NCBI GenBank assembly: GCA_045641125.1
Contig: JAZUGI010000024.1
Coordinates: 1,487 to 65,486, forward strand
Length of the DNA: 64,000 nt
Source of the DNA: Akkermansia sp.
GTDB taxonomy: Bacteria > Verrucomicrobiota > Verrucomicrobiia > Verrucomicrobiales > Akkermansiaceae
Direction: 5' to 3'
Part shown: positions 52,675-60,951 of the stretch, piece by piece
How positions within the stretch are numbered: position 1 is the first letter of the stretch
How the letters are laid out: every line of letters begins with the position of its first letter
Translations under genes and position numbers: made by a program
The notes under the pieces: generated by a model
Seen by the model: the letters and a program-made list of their open reading frames with translations, nothing else
Database searches by the model: none
Told to the model about the DNA's origin: nothing

Positions 52675-53708
52675 GTACGATAATTGACCCCCTTGGCGAG
52701 ATAGGTGCAGATTATTTGAAGCCTATAAAGAAGTTCGGCAAGCTGCAATCTGACAGCGGAAGCGGTGTTGTCGGGCATTGGCAGAAACCGAGCGCGTCCT
52801 ACTTGGAAGAAAAAGGATGGGAACTTGGCGGTGACGCCGTGACCTACAACTACAAAGGCGGCGAAAGTGTGGTGAACGACATTCTCTCACGCTTCCCAGC
52901 CGAGCCCACACAGGCGGGCGGAAACGGCGTGCAAGTCACCTTGTCGCAGGATGGTGAACCGCTGGGGAATATCAGCGTCACGGTTTTGCAGGTGAAGATG
53001 AAGCCGCGCGGTGAGACACCGAAAGAAGAAGCAGACTTCGGCTCTGATGGTGAGGGCAACACCGACTATGATTTGTGGAGCATGAAGAAAGACAAGCAGC
53101 TCACCAATGACAAGTGGAAAATCGAGTGGGAGGACACGAAAAACTGGTTGCCCTTCTCGTACTACGGCAAACAACTCATCGACCCTTGGACAATATCTGC
53201 ATACAAGCTCCTTGTCGATGGTGACCACTTCCTTGGAGACGTCATCACCATGTCTGACGGTACTGGAGAAAAGACGCAAGAGCTACGAAAGTTTGAGCAG
53301 ACTAGCACTCACAGCGATATTCAAGGATGGGATATATCTCACATCAACCCCATCAGCAGAAACTCCTTGGCATACAACAGGCTTATGCAAGAAAGAGTCC
53401 TAGTCCTCACGCACAGTTGGAGTGAGTAGTGGGTAGTATCGGCAAAGAAGTTTGAGAAAATGCAAGACGAAGAGGACGAGCTGACTGGTACTCAAATGCA
53501 GAAATATGGGAACGAGATTGCAAAGGGAACAATCGTCATTTCAACGACTGGCAGGGGCAATGCAGATGGACCAGTCAAAGACGGAGAGCGCACGAGCAAG
53601 ACGTACACCATCACGCGCACCTTTACTCACAAAGAAGAATTCACATCACCGTCACAACTGCCAGTAGGACTGAAACTCAAAGTCCCTGACAAAGAGCCTA
53701 ATCCATAA
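52671..53708 (+). CDS. hypothetical tail protein, 1 in-frame TAG
   Basis: TAG at 53427 joins 52671-53429 with 53460-53708 in frame. Confidence 0.55.
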
Positions 53709-53737
53709 TTTCCCTTTCAACTCCTTTAGTAAGAAAA

Positions 53738-54748
53738 ATGTATACTTGGACACCTAACGAAACAATCACGGCTGCGAAGTTGAACGCCATGCAAAATCGT
53801 CCAAATATGGAGGACGTGGGCAAAGGTGGTATCAGCTTCGGTGGCATAGAGTCAAGCGCATTGTCACCGAGCGAAATCTGTGTTGCTACGTCTCCGATTT
53901 TCAATGGACCTGTCAAGCTTAGCATTACTGAACACGAAGTAGGCAATCTGAAGTTTGAGTACGACTAGGGAAGTGAGGCGTGGAAAGTGCGTTCAGGTCA
54001 TTCAGGTGTCACAGGACGTGGCACGTTCGGTGCCGAGGGTTACAGGTGGCTATGCACGTCTCAATTTCCAACGGATGGCAAAAAATACGTTTGGGATAGA
54101 ATAGACGTTGACTCATACGGTACGCCGACACGCATACGCACTTGTATCACCACACAGGGTGTCATGCCGACTTGTTTGTGGTAGCCGTACTGCGGAAAAT
54201 CCGGCGTGATTTGGCGTAGGCTGGCAACCGTTGAAGTGGACAATCAGCTTGCATGCGGTTCTTCATGTCCGCCCGCTTGGGCTTATAAAATCACCAACGA
54301 AAACAACGCTTTCGCACTACCTATCGCACGAAGCTGGGGATGGCACAATACCGACACCATACGCATTGACGAAGGCTTATTGAGTGACAGGGGCAGTTCA
54401 TCACATTGGTCACGCACCGTGGCAGGTGACTAGGGATTGTCAACGATGGTGCAAAATATCGGAGAGTTAGGCGGCACGTTCGTCTACGACACTTTCCAAT
54501 GCTCGTATGGTGATTGCAACCGCGTTGGAATAGGCATTGCCAGCGGTGTTGAGTTCTACGATGAAGAAACGTACCGCGCATGCTACAACCGCACCGAAAC
54601 ACGTCCTAAAGCTCGTACTGCAAAGGTGGATATAGGATGTGGAAAGTACCTGTTCATTCAGCCAATCAACCAGCTCCACCCGTGGCAATTCCTCGTTTAT
54701 GCCTCTTGTCACGCGCAGTCAGCATTCATCAATGGACCATCCCGCTGA
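53738..54748 (+). CDS. Cys/Trp-rich hypothetical tail or receptor-binding protein, 3 in-frame TAGs
   Basis: Four track ORFs (53738, 53987, 54206, 54437) share one frame and are joined by TAGs at 53966, 54182 and 54431. Confidence 0.6.
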
Positions 54749-54775
54749 CGGTGATTTTGGGATAAATAGCAGGGT

Positions 54776-55489
54776 ATGAAAAAACTTTTTTAGATATGGG
54801 AGGGCAGTATACCCGACAACGTGCAGAAAGAGATTGACGACCTACGAGACAAGGCAACGGCGGCGGGATATGAGTACCACCTGTACGACCTGTCAATGCT
54901 GCTGGCAGAGATACAGGACGAGAACTTGAAAGAGTCCTTGCGCCGCGCTAAGCGGTATCTCCCCAAATCAATGTTCGGCAGCATGCTTAGTGACTTCTTC
55001 CGCTATTGGTGCTTACAGGATGGTGGAGTCTATATGGACACAGACGTTCTCATCACCACCGACACGTTCCCCGCATTGCCTGACGCTGATGGTGTGTTCA
55101 CTTGCTCGGAGCAGACCGCAAGAAACAACCTGAACACATGCGTCACGGTCTGCAACGGTGACAAGGGGCGCATATACGCGCGATTTTTCACAGAGCTGGC
55201 AACAGACAGACTCAAAAAGACGTGGCTGGACTCTTTCGAGCAATGCAGGGCGAACGCTGGATGGCTTATTGAGCACAAGTGGTCGTTGATTTCGTACCTA
55301 GGTCCTGCGTTCGTGCGGCATTATCTGCCACACTTGTTCGGCGCAACTGGAGTGACCGTCCAGCGCATGCCCTACGAGCTATGCAGCTCACACGACCCGC
55401 GCTCTGCAATTTTCCATGCGGGTGACGGAACGTGGGTGAACGGCGGCAAGGGAAACCCCACGGCACAGCGCAAAATCTCGACTTTATGA
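54776..55489 (+). CDS. DXD-motif glycosyltransferase (Gly_transf_sug-like), 1 in-frame TAG
   Basis: MKKLF*IWEGS...GYEYHLYD...LSDFFRYWCLQDGGVYMDTDVLI. TAG at 54791 lies where the adjacent paralogue has Gln (VHQIWIGG). Confidence 0.75.
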
Positions 55490-56100
55490 AGCACCCTACA
55501 ACAGTTCATCAGATTTGGATCGGAGGCTCGGAAATGCCGCCCTTGGAAAAAACGTGCGTGGATAGCCTTAAAACGGCTTGCGAGCGTTTGGGGGTAGGGT
55601 ATACCCTTTGGAGCGAACAAACGCTTAGGAGGGCATATCCAGACGAAGGATTGTGGCTTCTCGCAGACAAGTTAGCCCCCACCGTGCGGAGAAGCGTGCT
55701 TTTGAGCGACTATTTCCGCATGATTGTGCTTAATCCTGGTGAGTGCTACCTAGATACCGATATGCTCTGCCACCACACACCCGCCATCAATTTCAAAGGC
55801 TCGTCATTGCTCTGTATGGGTGAATTCTGGGACAGGCACAAAGAGGGAACAGGCTTCATCGGCGTGCAAGACAAGTTCACAAAGTTGGACGCTTTGAAAC
55901 AGGCATGGCGTGAGCAGACGCAAAACTTGGACGAGTCGTGCGTTGACAATTTGCTTGCAGCCTATGGACCGGAGTTTTTGAGAAGCACGTTGCAGCGGCT
56001 TGGGATAAAGTCGAACATTCTACACCGCGACCAAATCACGCACGTTCAATGGAAGAACAAGGGCGCACTCATTCACATGGGAGCTGGTTCGTGGGTGTGA
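55486..56100 (+). CDS. DXD-motif glycosyltransferase paralogue (TAG-free)
   Basis: MKHPTTVHQIWIGG...GYTLWSE...LLSDYFRMIVLNPGECYLDTDMLC, with ATGA overlap with the upstream gene. Confidence 0.7.
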   Translation: MKHPTTVHQIWIGGSEMPPLEKTCVDSLKTACERLGVGYTLWSEQTLRRAYPDEGLWLLADKLAPTVRRSVLLSDYFRMIVLNPGECYLDTDMLCHHTPAINFKGSSLLCMGEFWDRHKEGTGFIGVQDKFTKLDALKQAWREQTQNLDESCVDNLLAAYGPEFLRSTLQRLGIKSNILHRDQITHVQWKNKGALIHMGAGSWV

Positions 56101-56128
56101 TTATTTTTCCCTTTTTGTCCATGGGTAT

Positions 56129-56326
56129 ATGACAAAGAAGAACAACTAGGAAATTTTGAAGAAGTACGAGAACGAGCGCAACGAGTGTCTGATTTTCACA
56201 AGGGTCATGGGATATTACAGACCTGTGACGAGCTTCAATATCGGTAAAGCGCAAGAGTTCAAGGAGCGCGTGTGGTTCAACACGCAAAAGTTCAAAGACG
56301 CGCATGCCGATAAAAACGCACGATGA
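56129..56326 (+). CDS. stand-alone NrdD C-terminal glycyl-radical-domain mini-protein, 1 in-frame TAG
   Basis: 65 codons. TRVMGYYRPVTSFNIGKAQEFKERVWF matches the class III RNR C-terminal signature RVCGYLg....FN.GK..E.K.RV. TAG is at 56147. An alternative TTG start lies at 56156. Confidence 0.6.
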
Positions 56327-56349
56327 CGATTTTGGATAAATATCTGTGT

Positions 56350-56442
56350 ATGGAAACATTTGCATTTTTGACAATCGCTGGACTCATCATCAGTAACATT
56401 ATCACAACCGCGCTGCTCTACAACACAACGAAGAAACACTAA
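56350..56442 (+). CDS. 30-aa single-TM peptide
   Basis: METFAFLTIAGLIISNIITTALLYNTTKKH, preceded by the GGATAAATA motif at fixed spacing. Confidence 0.35.
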   Translation: METFAFLTIAGLIISNIITTALLYNTTKKH

Positions 56443-56446
56443 GGAC

Positions 56447-56764
56447 ATGACAAGGGAAAAATTGAAACAGGCGTGCGACAGCATGCGAGAGACTTTGCAA
56501 AACTGCTCACTTGAAGTGACAGAGTAGGAGATTGACGAGGTTCTGACCTATGCAGCGGAGCACAATGCGCGCAGGATTGGTGAAACGTACACGACAAGCT
56601 ATCCACCCTTGCTCACAGAGCTGCAAAACAGGTTAAGGAAGTTGGACGAGAGCGACTGCCCACCGCAAGTTGAAGAAGGTCTGCTCACTCATATCACGCT
56701 TGACACGTTAGAAGGTTATTTGCCGCTGGAGAATATCATCGGGTTTAGCTACAAAAGACCGTGA
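56447..56764 (+). CDS. hypothetical protein, 1 in-frame TAG
   Basis: 105 codons, with TAG at 56525 and a TGA stop. Confidence 0.45.
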
Positions 56765-56766
56765 GC

Positions 56767-57051
56767 ATGGACGAGTTTGAAACAGAGTGGGAAGAAATGG
56801 ACGCAAAGATACTCGCGTCTGACTTGTTCGATGAGGCAGAGAAACAAGCCCTGATTGAGTACCTAGACAAGCTCAACGTGAACACCTATGCAGACCTGAA
56901 AAAACTTGCCCCAACGTGCAAGGGCAAATTGTGGACAGATGAGCAGCGAGATTTTTTCACGTTGTTCTTCTCTAACTCTGAACTCGGTATCAGAAAGAAA
57001 TACGAGAGGAAAAGCAAGACCACAAACGAAGAAAAAAAAGAGGAGTCCTGA
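56767..57051 (+). CDS. hypothetical acidic protein (TAG-free)
   Basis: A 94-aa ORF, the last gene of the rightward block. Confidence 0.45.
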   Translation: MDEFETEWEEMDAKILASDLFDEAEKQALIEYLDKLNVNTYADLKKLAPTCKGKLWTDEQRDFFTLFFSNSELGIRKKYERKSKTTNEEKKEES

Positions 57052-57060
57052 TGGACTCCT
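57041..57060. terminator. bidirectional terminator hairpin between convergent blocks
   Basis: AGGAGTCC-tgat-GGACTCCT with an A-run upstream, which is a T-run on the minus strand. Confidence 0.55.
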
Positions 57061-57083
57061 CCCTGCGTTTCTATATGGTGGCA

Positions 57084-57512
57084 CTAGTAGTCAGACGGTC
57101 GCATGATGGTGGTATGCTCACGCTTGCCCTCATCGTTCTCTGCGTCTGTAATAATCCACACGCGCTCACCGCCTATCTCCCACTCTGACAGAATACGCTC
57201 ACCGCTTTTAAGGGCGCGGAAGTTTGCCCACCAGTCAGACCCCTTTGTCAATCCCCAGTTGCAAAAGCGGTGTTCCTCAAGGGCGTGTGCAATGTCGTAG
57301 CGGTATTCTTCCATGCGCTCTGCCAGCTCTGCCGTGATAACCACCTGTCCCAGCGGGAAATCAACGTAGGTGAAATGCAAGCCATGCGTGGGCTCACGGT
57401 GGAAGAACTTGGCAATCTCACGGCGCAGATTAGGCATTTTCTCATCGTCTATGGGGAAGAGCCTAGACTTGCCATCCCCATAGGGATTTTTCAGTAGTAG
57501 CACGGTCATCAT
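57084..57512 (-). CDS. hypothetical early protein (TAG-free, terminates at TAG)
   Basis: 142 aa from MMTVLLLKNPYG. Stop codon is TAG at 57084-57086. Confidence 0.5.
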   Translation of the reverse strand: MMTVLLLKNPYGDGKSRLFPIDDEKMPNLRREIAKFFHREPTHGLHFTYVDFPLGQVVITAELAERMEEYRYDIAHALEEHRFCNWGLTKGSDWWANFRALKSGERILSEWEIGGERVWIITDAENDEGKREHTTIMRPSDY

Positions 57513-57516
57513 GGCT

Positions 57517-57792
57517 TTACTTGGCAAAGAGCGTTTTGACGTACTTGATGGACTCACGCCCGACCAGCATAGCAAGCGGTGAAGTGCGGTGTATACGCGC
57601 ACGGCGCAAGACGTTCTTGATGAACTGCTCGTTCTCTGCAACGAGCTTGAACCTATCTTCCGCAGGTGCTTTGAACAGCTCCGCGAGTGAGATTGTGTCT
57701 TGTATGGCAGCGTCAGTCACGCGCTCTACAATCTGTGACAGCGTGGCGACTTCAACCGTGTTGTTCTTTGTGTTGTTCTTCTTAGTTCTCAT
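57517..57792 (-). CDS. hypothetical early protein
   Basis: 91 aa from MRTKKNNTK, with a TAA stop. Confidence 0.45.
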   Translation of the reverse strand: MRTKKNNTKNNTVEVATLSQIVERVTDAAIQDTISLAELFKAPAEDRFKLVAENEQFIKNVLRRARIHRTSPLAMLVGRESIKYVKTLFAK

Positions 57793-57808
57793 ATTTGGGA
57801 TTTCCTTT

Positions 57809-57958
57809 CTATTTTTGTTTCTTTTTGCAGGGCGCGAGTGCAAGTTGTTTGTACTCTGTGAACGCCCTGATGAATGAGCCTAGTTGCAGGTGATATGCAT
57901 CTTTCCAAGTAATACCAGCTTCGCCACATGTTTTAGAGTGCGTCCACCCGTTGACCAT
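57809..57958 (-). CDS. small HTH-like protein (Cro/excisionase-like guess)
   Basis: 49 aa: MVNGWTHSKTCGEAGITWKDAYHLQLGSF.. It stops at TAG. An upstream ATG at 58006 would require reading a TAG. Confidence 0.3.
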   Translation of the reverse strand: MVNGWTHSKTCGEAGITWKDAYHLQLGSFIRAFTEYKQLALAPCKKKQK

Positions 57959-58042
57959 GCTGTTCTTCCAAAGTGCAAGCTATCTTCTGTACCCTTGCTC
58001 ACCCATCAGGGCGCGCACGCATTAACGCACGCGCTCACCCGT

Positions 58043-58285
58043 TCAACCACGTGGGAACTCCAACTCATACTGTCTACCACTTGGCTCACGCTGTACAAGA
58101 ATGAGCTTGTCTGGCAGTATGGTCATGTCAACCACTTCATCTGGATAAATGTCAATGCAGCAATATGCACCACCACCAGCATCAAGTGTGACGTATGGCA
58201 ATCCGTCCATAGTCTCGCTGTAGTCAATGCCACACACGTCGAACAGGTCTTTAATGAATTTGATAATTTCTTGTTCCTCTTGCAT
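58043..58285 (-). CDS. hypothetical early protein
   Basis: 80 aa from MQEEQEIIKF. It is the first gene of the leftward early operon. Confidence 0.45.
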   Translation of the reverse strand: MQEEQEIIKFIKDLFDVCGIDYSETMDGLPYVTLDAGGGAYCCIDIYPDEVVDMTILPDKLILVQREPSGRQYELEFPRG

Positions 58286-58508
58286 AGTCTTTTCTGTTTT
58301 GTTGTTGAAGCAGGGCAACACGTCTTTCGCCCTATGATGATACTTTACCTGGAATTATTCCAGTATGCAAGTCTTTTTTTCGTCGAAAGTCACTTTTTTT
58401 CAAGGAGTAACGACTGCCGAGACTGGGAAGCCGCATGGAATCGGCGTTTTATTTTTTATACGAAAAATAGGAAATTTCCAAATTTTGCTATTTCGGAGCA
58501 TTTTTTGC

Positions 58509-58537
58509 TTTACAAATTGGGTCGGGTGTGGTACAAT
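58509..58537 (+). promoter_or_regulatory. sigma70-type promoter for the 58547 gene
   Basis: TTTACA, a 17-nt spacer, then TACAAT preceded by TGg (extended -10). It lies 10 nt upstream of ATG 58547. Confidence 0.55.
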
Positions 58538-58546
58538 ATCGACCTT

Positions 58547-59074
58547 ATGAACGAAATCGAACACGACGCCGCGAGCGTCACTGAAAACGGGGTTGACCTG
58601 AACGCAGGGCAGCCGGAAGCAAAGCAAGTAACTAACAAGAAAAATAATTGGTACGCCGAATGGATAGACGATGAGTCCTGTAGGGATATCGACTGTATCT
58701 ACAACGCAATTAGGTACATTGAGGAAATTAACGAGATGGCCGCGCGAGGTGTTGATACAGAGGATGAAGAAATACGGGATGCGTTATATATGGCGATTAT
58801 GGATTACACCAAAGGAGCAAAAGACTGGAATCACGAAATATTGAAGGAAAAGTTGGGACTTGGGTTTATGAGTGTACACACTGACGGAGATTGGAAGTTC
58901 CAAGTCAGTGAGGTCAACCCAAAATACATAAGGTACGTCTACGACAAATTATGTGAGCAAGGACGTGCAAAGAATGCGCCTAGTGTATATACTAGAGAAG
59001 AGAACAGTGAGAGTTACACAGATGACGATGGCTATATCATTATCAAATACGAAGTAATAAAGTCGCTCAAATGA
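58547..59074 (+). CDS. hypothetical protein next to the integrase (TAG-free)
   Basis: 175 aa from MNEIEHDAAS within track ORF 57884-59074. The upstream part of that ORF is a shadow. Confidence 0.5.
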   Translation: MNEIEHDAASVTENGVDLNAGQPEAKQVTNKKNNWYAEWIDDESCRDIDCIYNAIRYIEEINEMAARGVDTEDEEIRDALYMAIMDYTKGAKDWNHEILKEKLGLGFMSVHTDGDWKFQVSEVNPKYIRYVYDKLCEQGRAKNAPSVYTREENSESYTDDDGYIIIKYEVIKSLK

Positions 59075-59103
59075 ATCATGGGGGCAAGGCAAAGCACAAT
59101 CAA

Positions 59104-59138
59104 GGGGAGCAGCCGCAAGGTGAACTCCCCTTTTTTTT
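59104..59138 (+). terminator. rho-independent terminator
   Basis: GGGGAG...CTCCCC stem followed by TTTTTTTT. Confidence 0.5.
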
Positions 59139-59155
59139 GCACCTGTGCGGCGCGT

Positions 59156-60760
59156 CTACTCTATCAAATCTTGCTTGCCTGTGAGCTGCTTTGCATTGCC
59201 ATCTTCCCCAGCCGCCGACACGTTTTCCAGCACCTGTGAGAAGAAGTCGGACATGATTGTGTTCACCCTTTGCTTGTCTTTCATCACTTCCTGTGCAAGC
59301 CGCAACGCCTCATCATTTGCGCCCGTGTCAACGGTGCTGCTCACGTCACTCTTAAAGCTGTCCACCGAACTATATCCCATGCTCTCCAAGGTCTTTTTAA
59401 TCACCAGCTCCCTGGCTATCCTCTCGGCTTCTCGCTGTGTCTTGCTCTGCGTCTCTTTGTTCAGCCGTGCAAGGTAGTCTCGCCGCTGATTTTCTTCGTG
59501 TAGATACCGCGCGCCGATATACTGCTCCATATACTCAAGCATGCCCGCCGTGGACTTTTGGGGGTCAAGGTCAAACTTTAGGTAGTGCCGCTCCTCTACG
59601 GTGCGCGGCGAGTGTCCAACGAGATAATTAATCATCGACTCGTTAAAGCCACCTTGCGTGAGAACTGTGATGGCGGTGGCTCGGAGAGAGTGTGGGCTAT
59701 ACGCAAAGAAGCGGCGATTGAACTTTGTGTCGATAGCCGCAAACAATCCCAAGTGCTTTATGCAAGACAGGAGGAAATTTCGCACATTCTGCATAGCCGA
59801 CTTGTTCAGGTTTTGAGGCTTCACTCCACAGCGGCGCAAAGGGAACAGGAGCGGTGAGTCTCCATCTTTTGGCTGGCATAGAGTCTTCACTTCTGTCAGC
59901 AGCTCATGCATTTTGTCCGTGATATAAAGGCGCGCGTGTATCTGCTTCTTAGCAGTCTTTTTGAAAATCTTGGTGATTACCCGCCGCTCCATATCCACTT
60001 CTTCCCAGCGCAAGCCTACCACGTCTCCGATTCGCCACCCTGTAACCATCATCAGGTAAACGATGGCATAACGCTGGAAAATGCGTTCGGGTGTCATTGT
60101 GTACCCGCGCCCGTTGACGTCTTTCTTGTCCTTAGCCTTGGCAAGAATGAACTGGAGATCTGACTGGGAGAAGATACTGCGGCGATTGCCATGCTGCTCC
60201 TCTCGCAGCTCCTTAAATCTAACGCCGCTGAACGGATTGTAGTATTTCAGCGCAGAGCCTCTGAACTCCTTTAGCGCGCCGCGCAGTACCACGTCCACGC
60301 GGTTGAGAATGTCGCAGAACGTGTTGTACGAGTACGGCTCCAATGACGCTGCAAAATCTTCCACAAGCTTGTCGTCTAGCTCGTGCAGCTTCATCCCCTT
60401 GCGGTGTTCTTTCAGGTAGTCAACAAAGAGCTGGAAGCGGCGTGTCTCCTGCTTTATAACGTCCTCATTCTTGCTGATACAGATGGCAGATTGAGGCAAC
60501 GACTCTAGGTATCGCACGGCGTCCTTGGCTTCGTTGATTGCACCATGCAACACTTCAATCTCATCGGTGGCAAGCTCGATTTTGGCGTACTCTTTTTTCA
60601 GCTCCTTTATCCGCGCCGCTTGCTCTCGTTTGGTGGGCTTCGGTGTCTCACTCTTCACTTGCTTGCGACCGTAGGGGTACTTCATGCCCTGCTTCACCTT
60701 GGAGTAGTCCTTGTAGATGATGACGTAGGCATTCTTTTCGGCATTGTAGGTGATTTTCAT
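59156..60760 (-). CDS. int: tyrosine recombinase / phage integrase (TAG-free, terminates at TAG)
   Basis: 534 aa from MKITYNAEKNAY. The catalytic-domain motifs are TGWRIGDVVGLRWEEV (Arg I), HSLRATAIT (H-x-x-R) and LVGHSPRTVEERHY (His...Tyr). The upstream 221 aa of the 755-aa track ORF cross attR and are not real. Confidence 0.9.
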   Translation of the reverse strand: MKITYNAEKNAYVIIYKDYSKVKQGMKYPYGRKQVKSETPKPTKREQAARIKELKKEYAKIELATDEIEVLHGAINEAKDAVRYLESLPQSAICISKNEDVIKQETRRFQLFVDYLKEHRKGMKLHELDDKLVEDFAASLEPYSYNTFCDILNRVDVVLRGALKEFRGSALKYYNPFSGVRFKELREEQHGNRRSIFSQSDLQFILAKAKDKKDVNGRGYTMTPERIFQRYAIVYLMMVTGWRIGDVVGLRWEEVDMERRVITKIFKKTAKKQIHARLYITDKMHELLTEVKTLCQPKDGDSPLLFPLRRCGVKPQNLNKSAMQNVRNFLLSCIKHLGLFAAIDTKFNRRFFAYSPHSLRATAITVLTQGGFNESMINYLVGHSPRTVEERHYLKFDLDPQKSTAGMLEYMEQYIGARYLHEENQRRDYLARLNKETQSKTQREAERIARELVIKKTLESMGYSSVDSFKSDVSSTVDTGANDEALRLAQEVMKDKQRVNTIMSDFFSQVLENVSAAGEDGNAKQLTGKQDLIE

Positions 60761-60951
60761 GGCTGGTTGTTTTGGGGGTTGTGACCAGCGTAGCACGGCA
60801 CTCGGCGGCGTGCAAGCCTTCGTTGCAAAAAAGTTGCAATTTTTTGTCGGGAAATGGGTCATTTTTTGCAATTTTGGCTCATACGCCCTCCTGCTCATAT
60901 CTCCACAACACATAGAAAAACAAGGCATTACGAGGCTATAAAAAACAAATG

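Noticed and set aside
39135-56352. The repeated intergenic motifs as a CRISPR array or MITE-like repeats.
   Set aside because: The copies are 16-25 nt, degenerate and separated by whole genes (0.3-4 kb) rather than regular 30-40 nt spacers. No cas genes or terminal inverted repeats are present.
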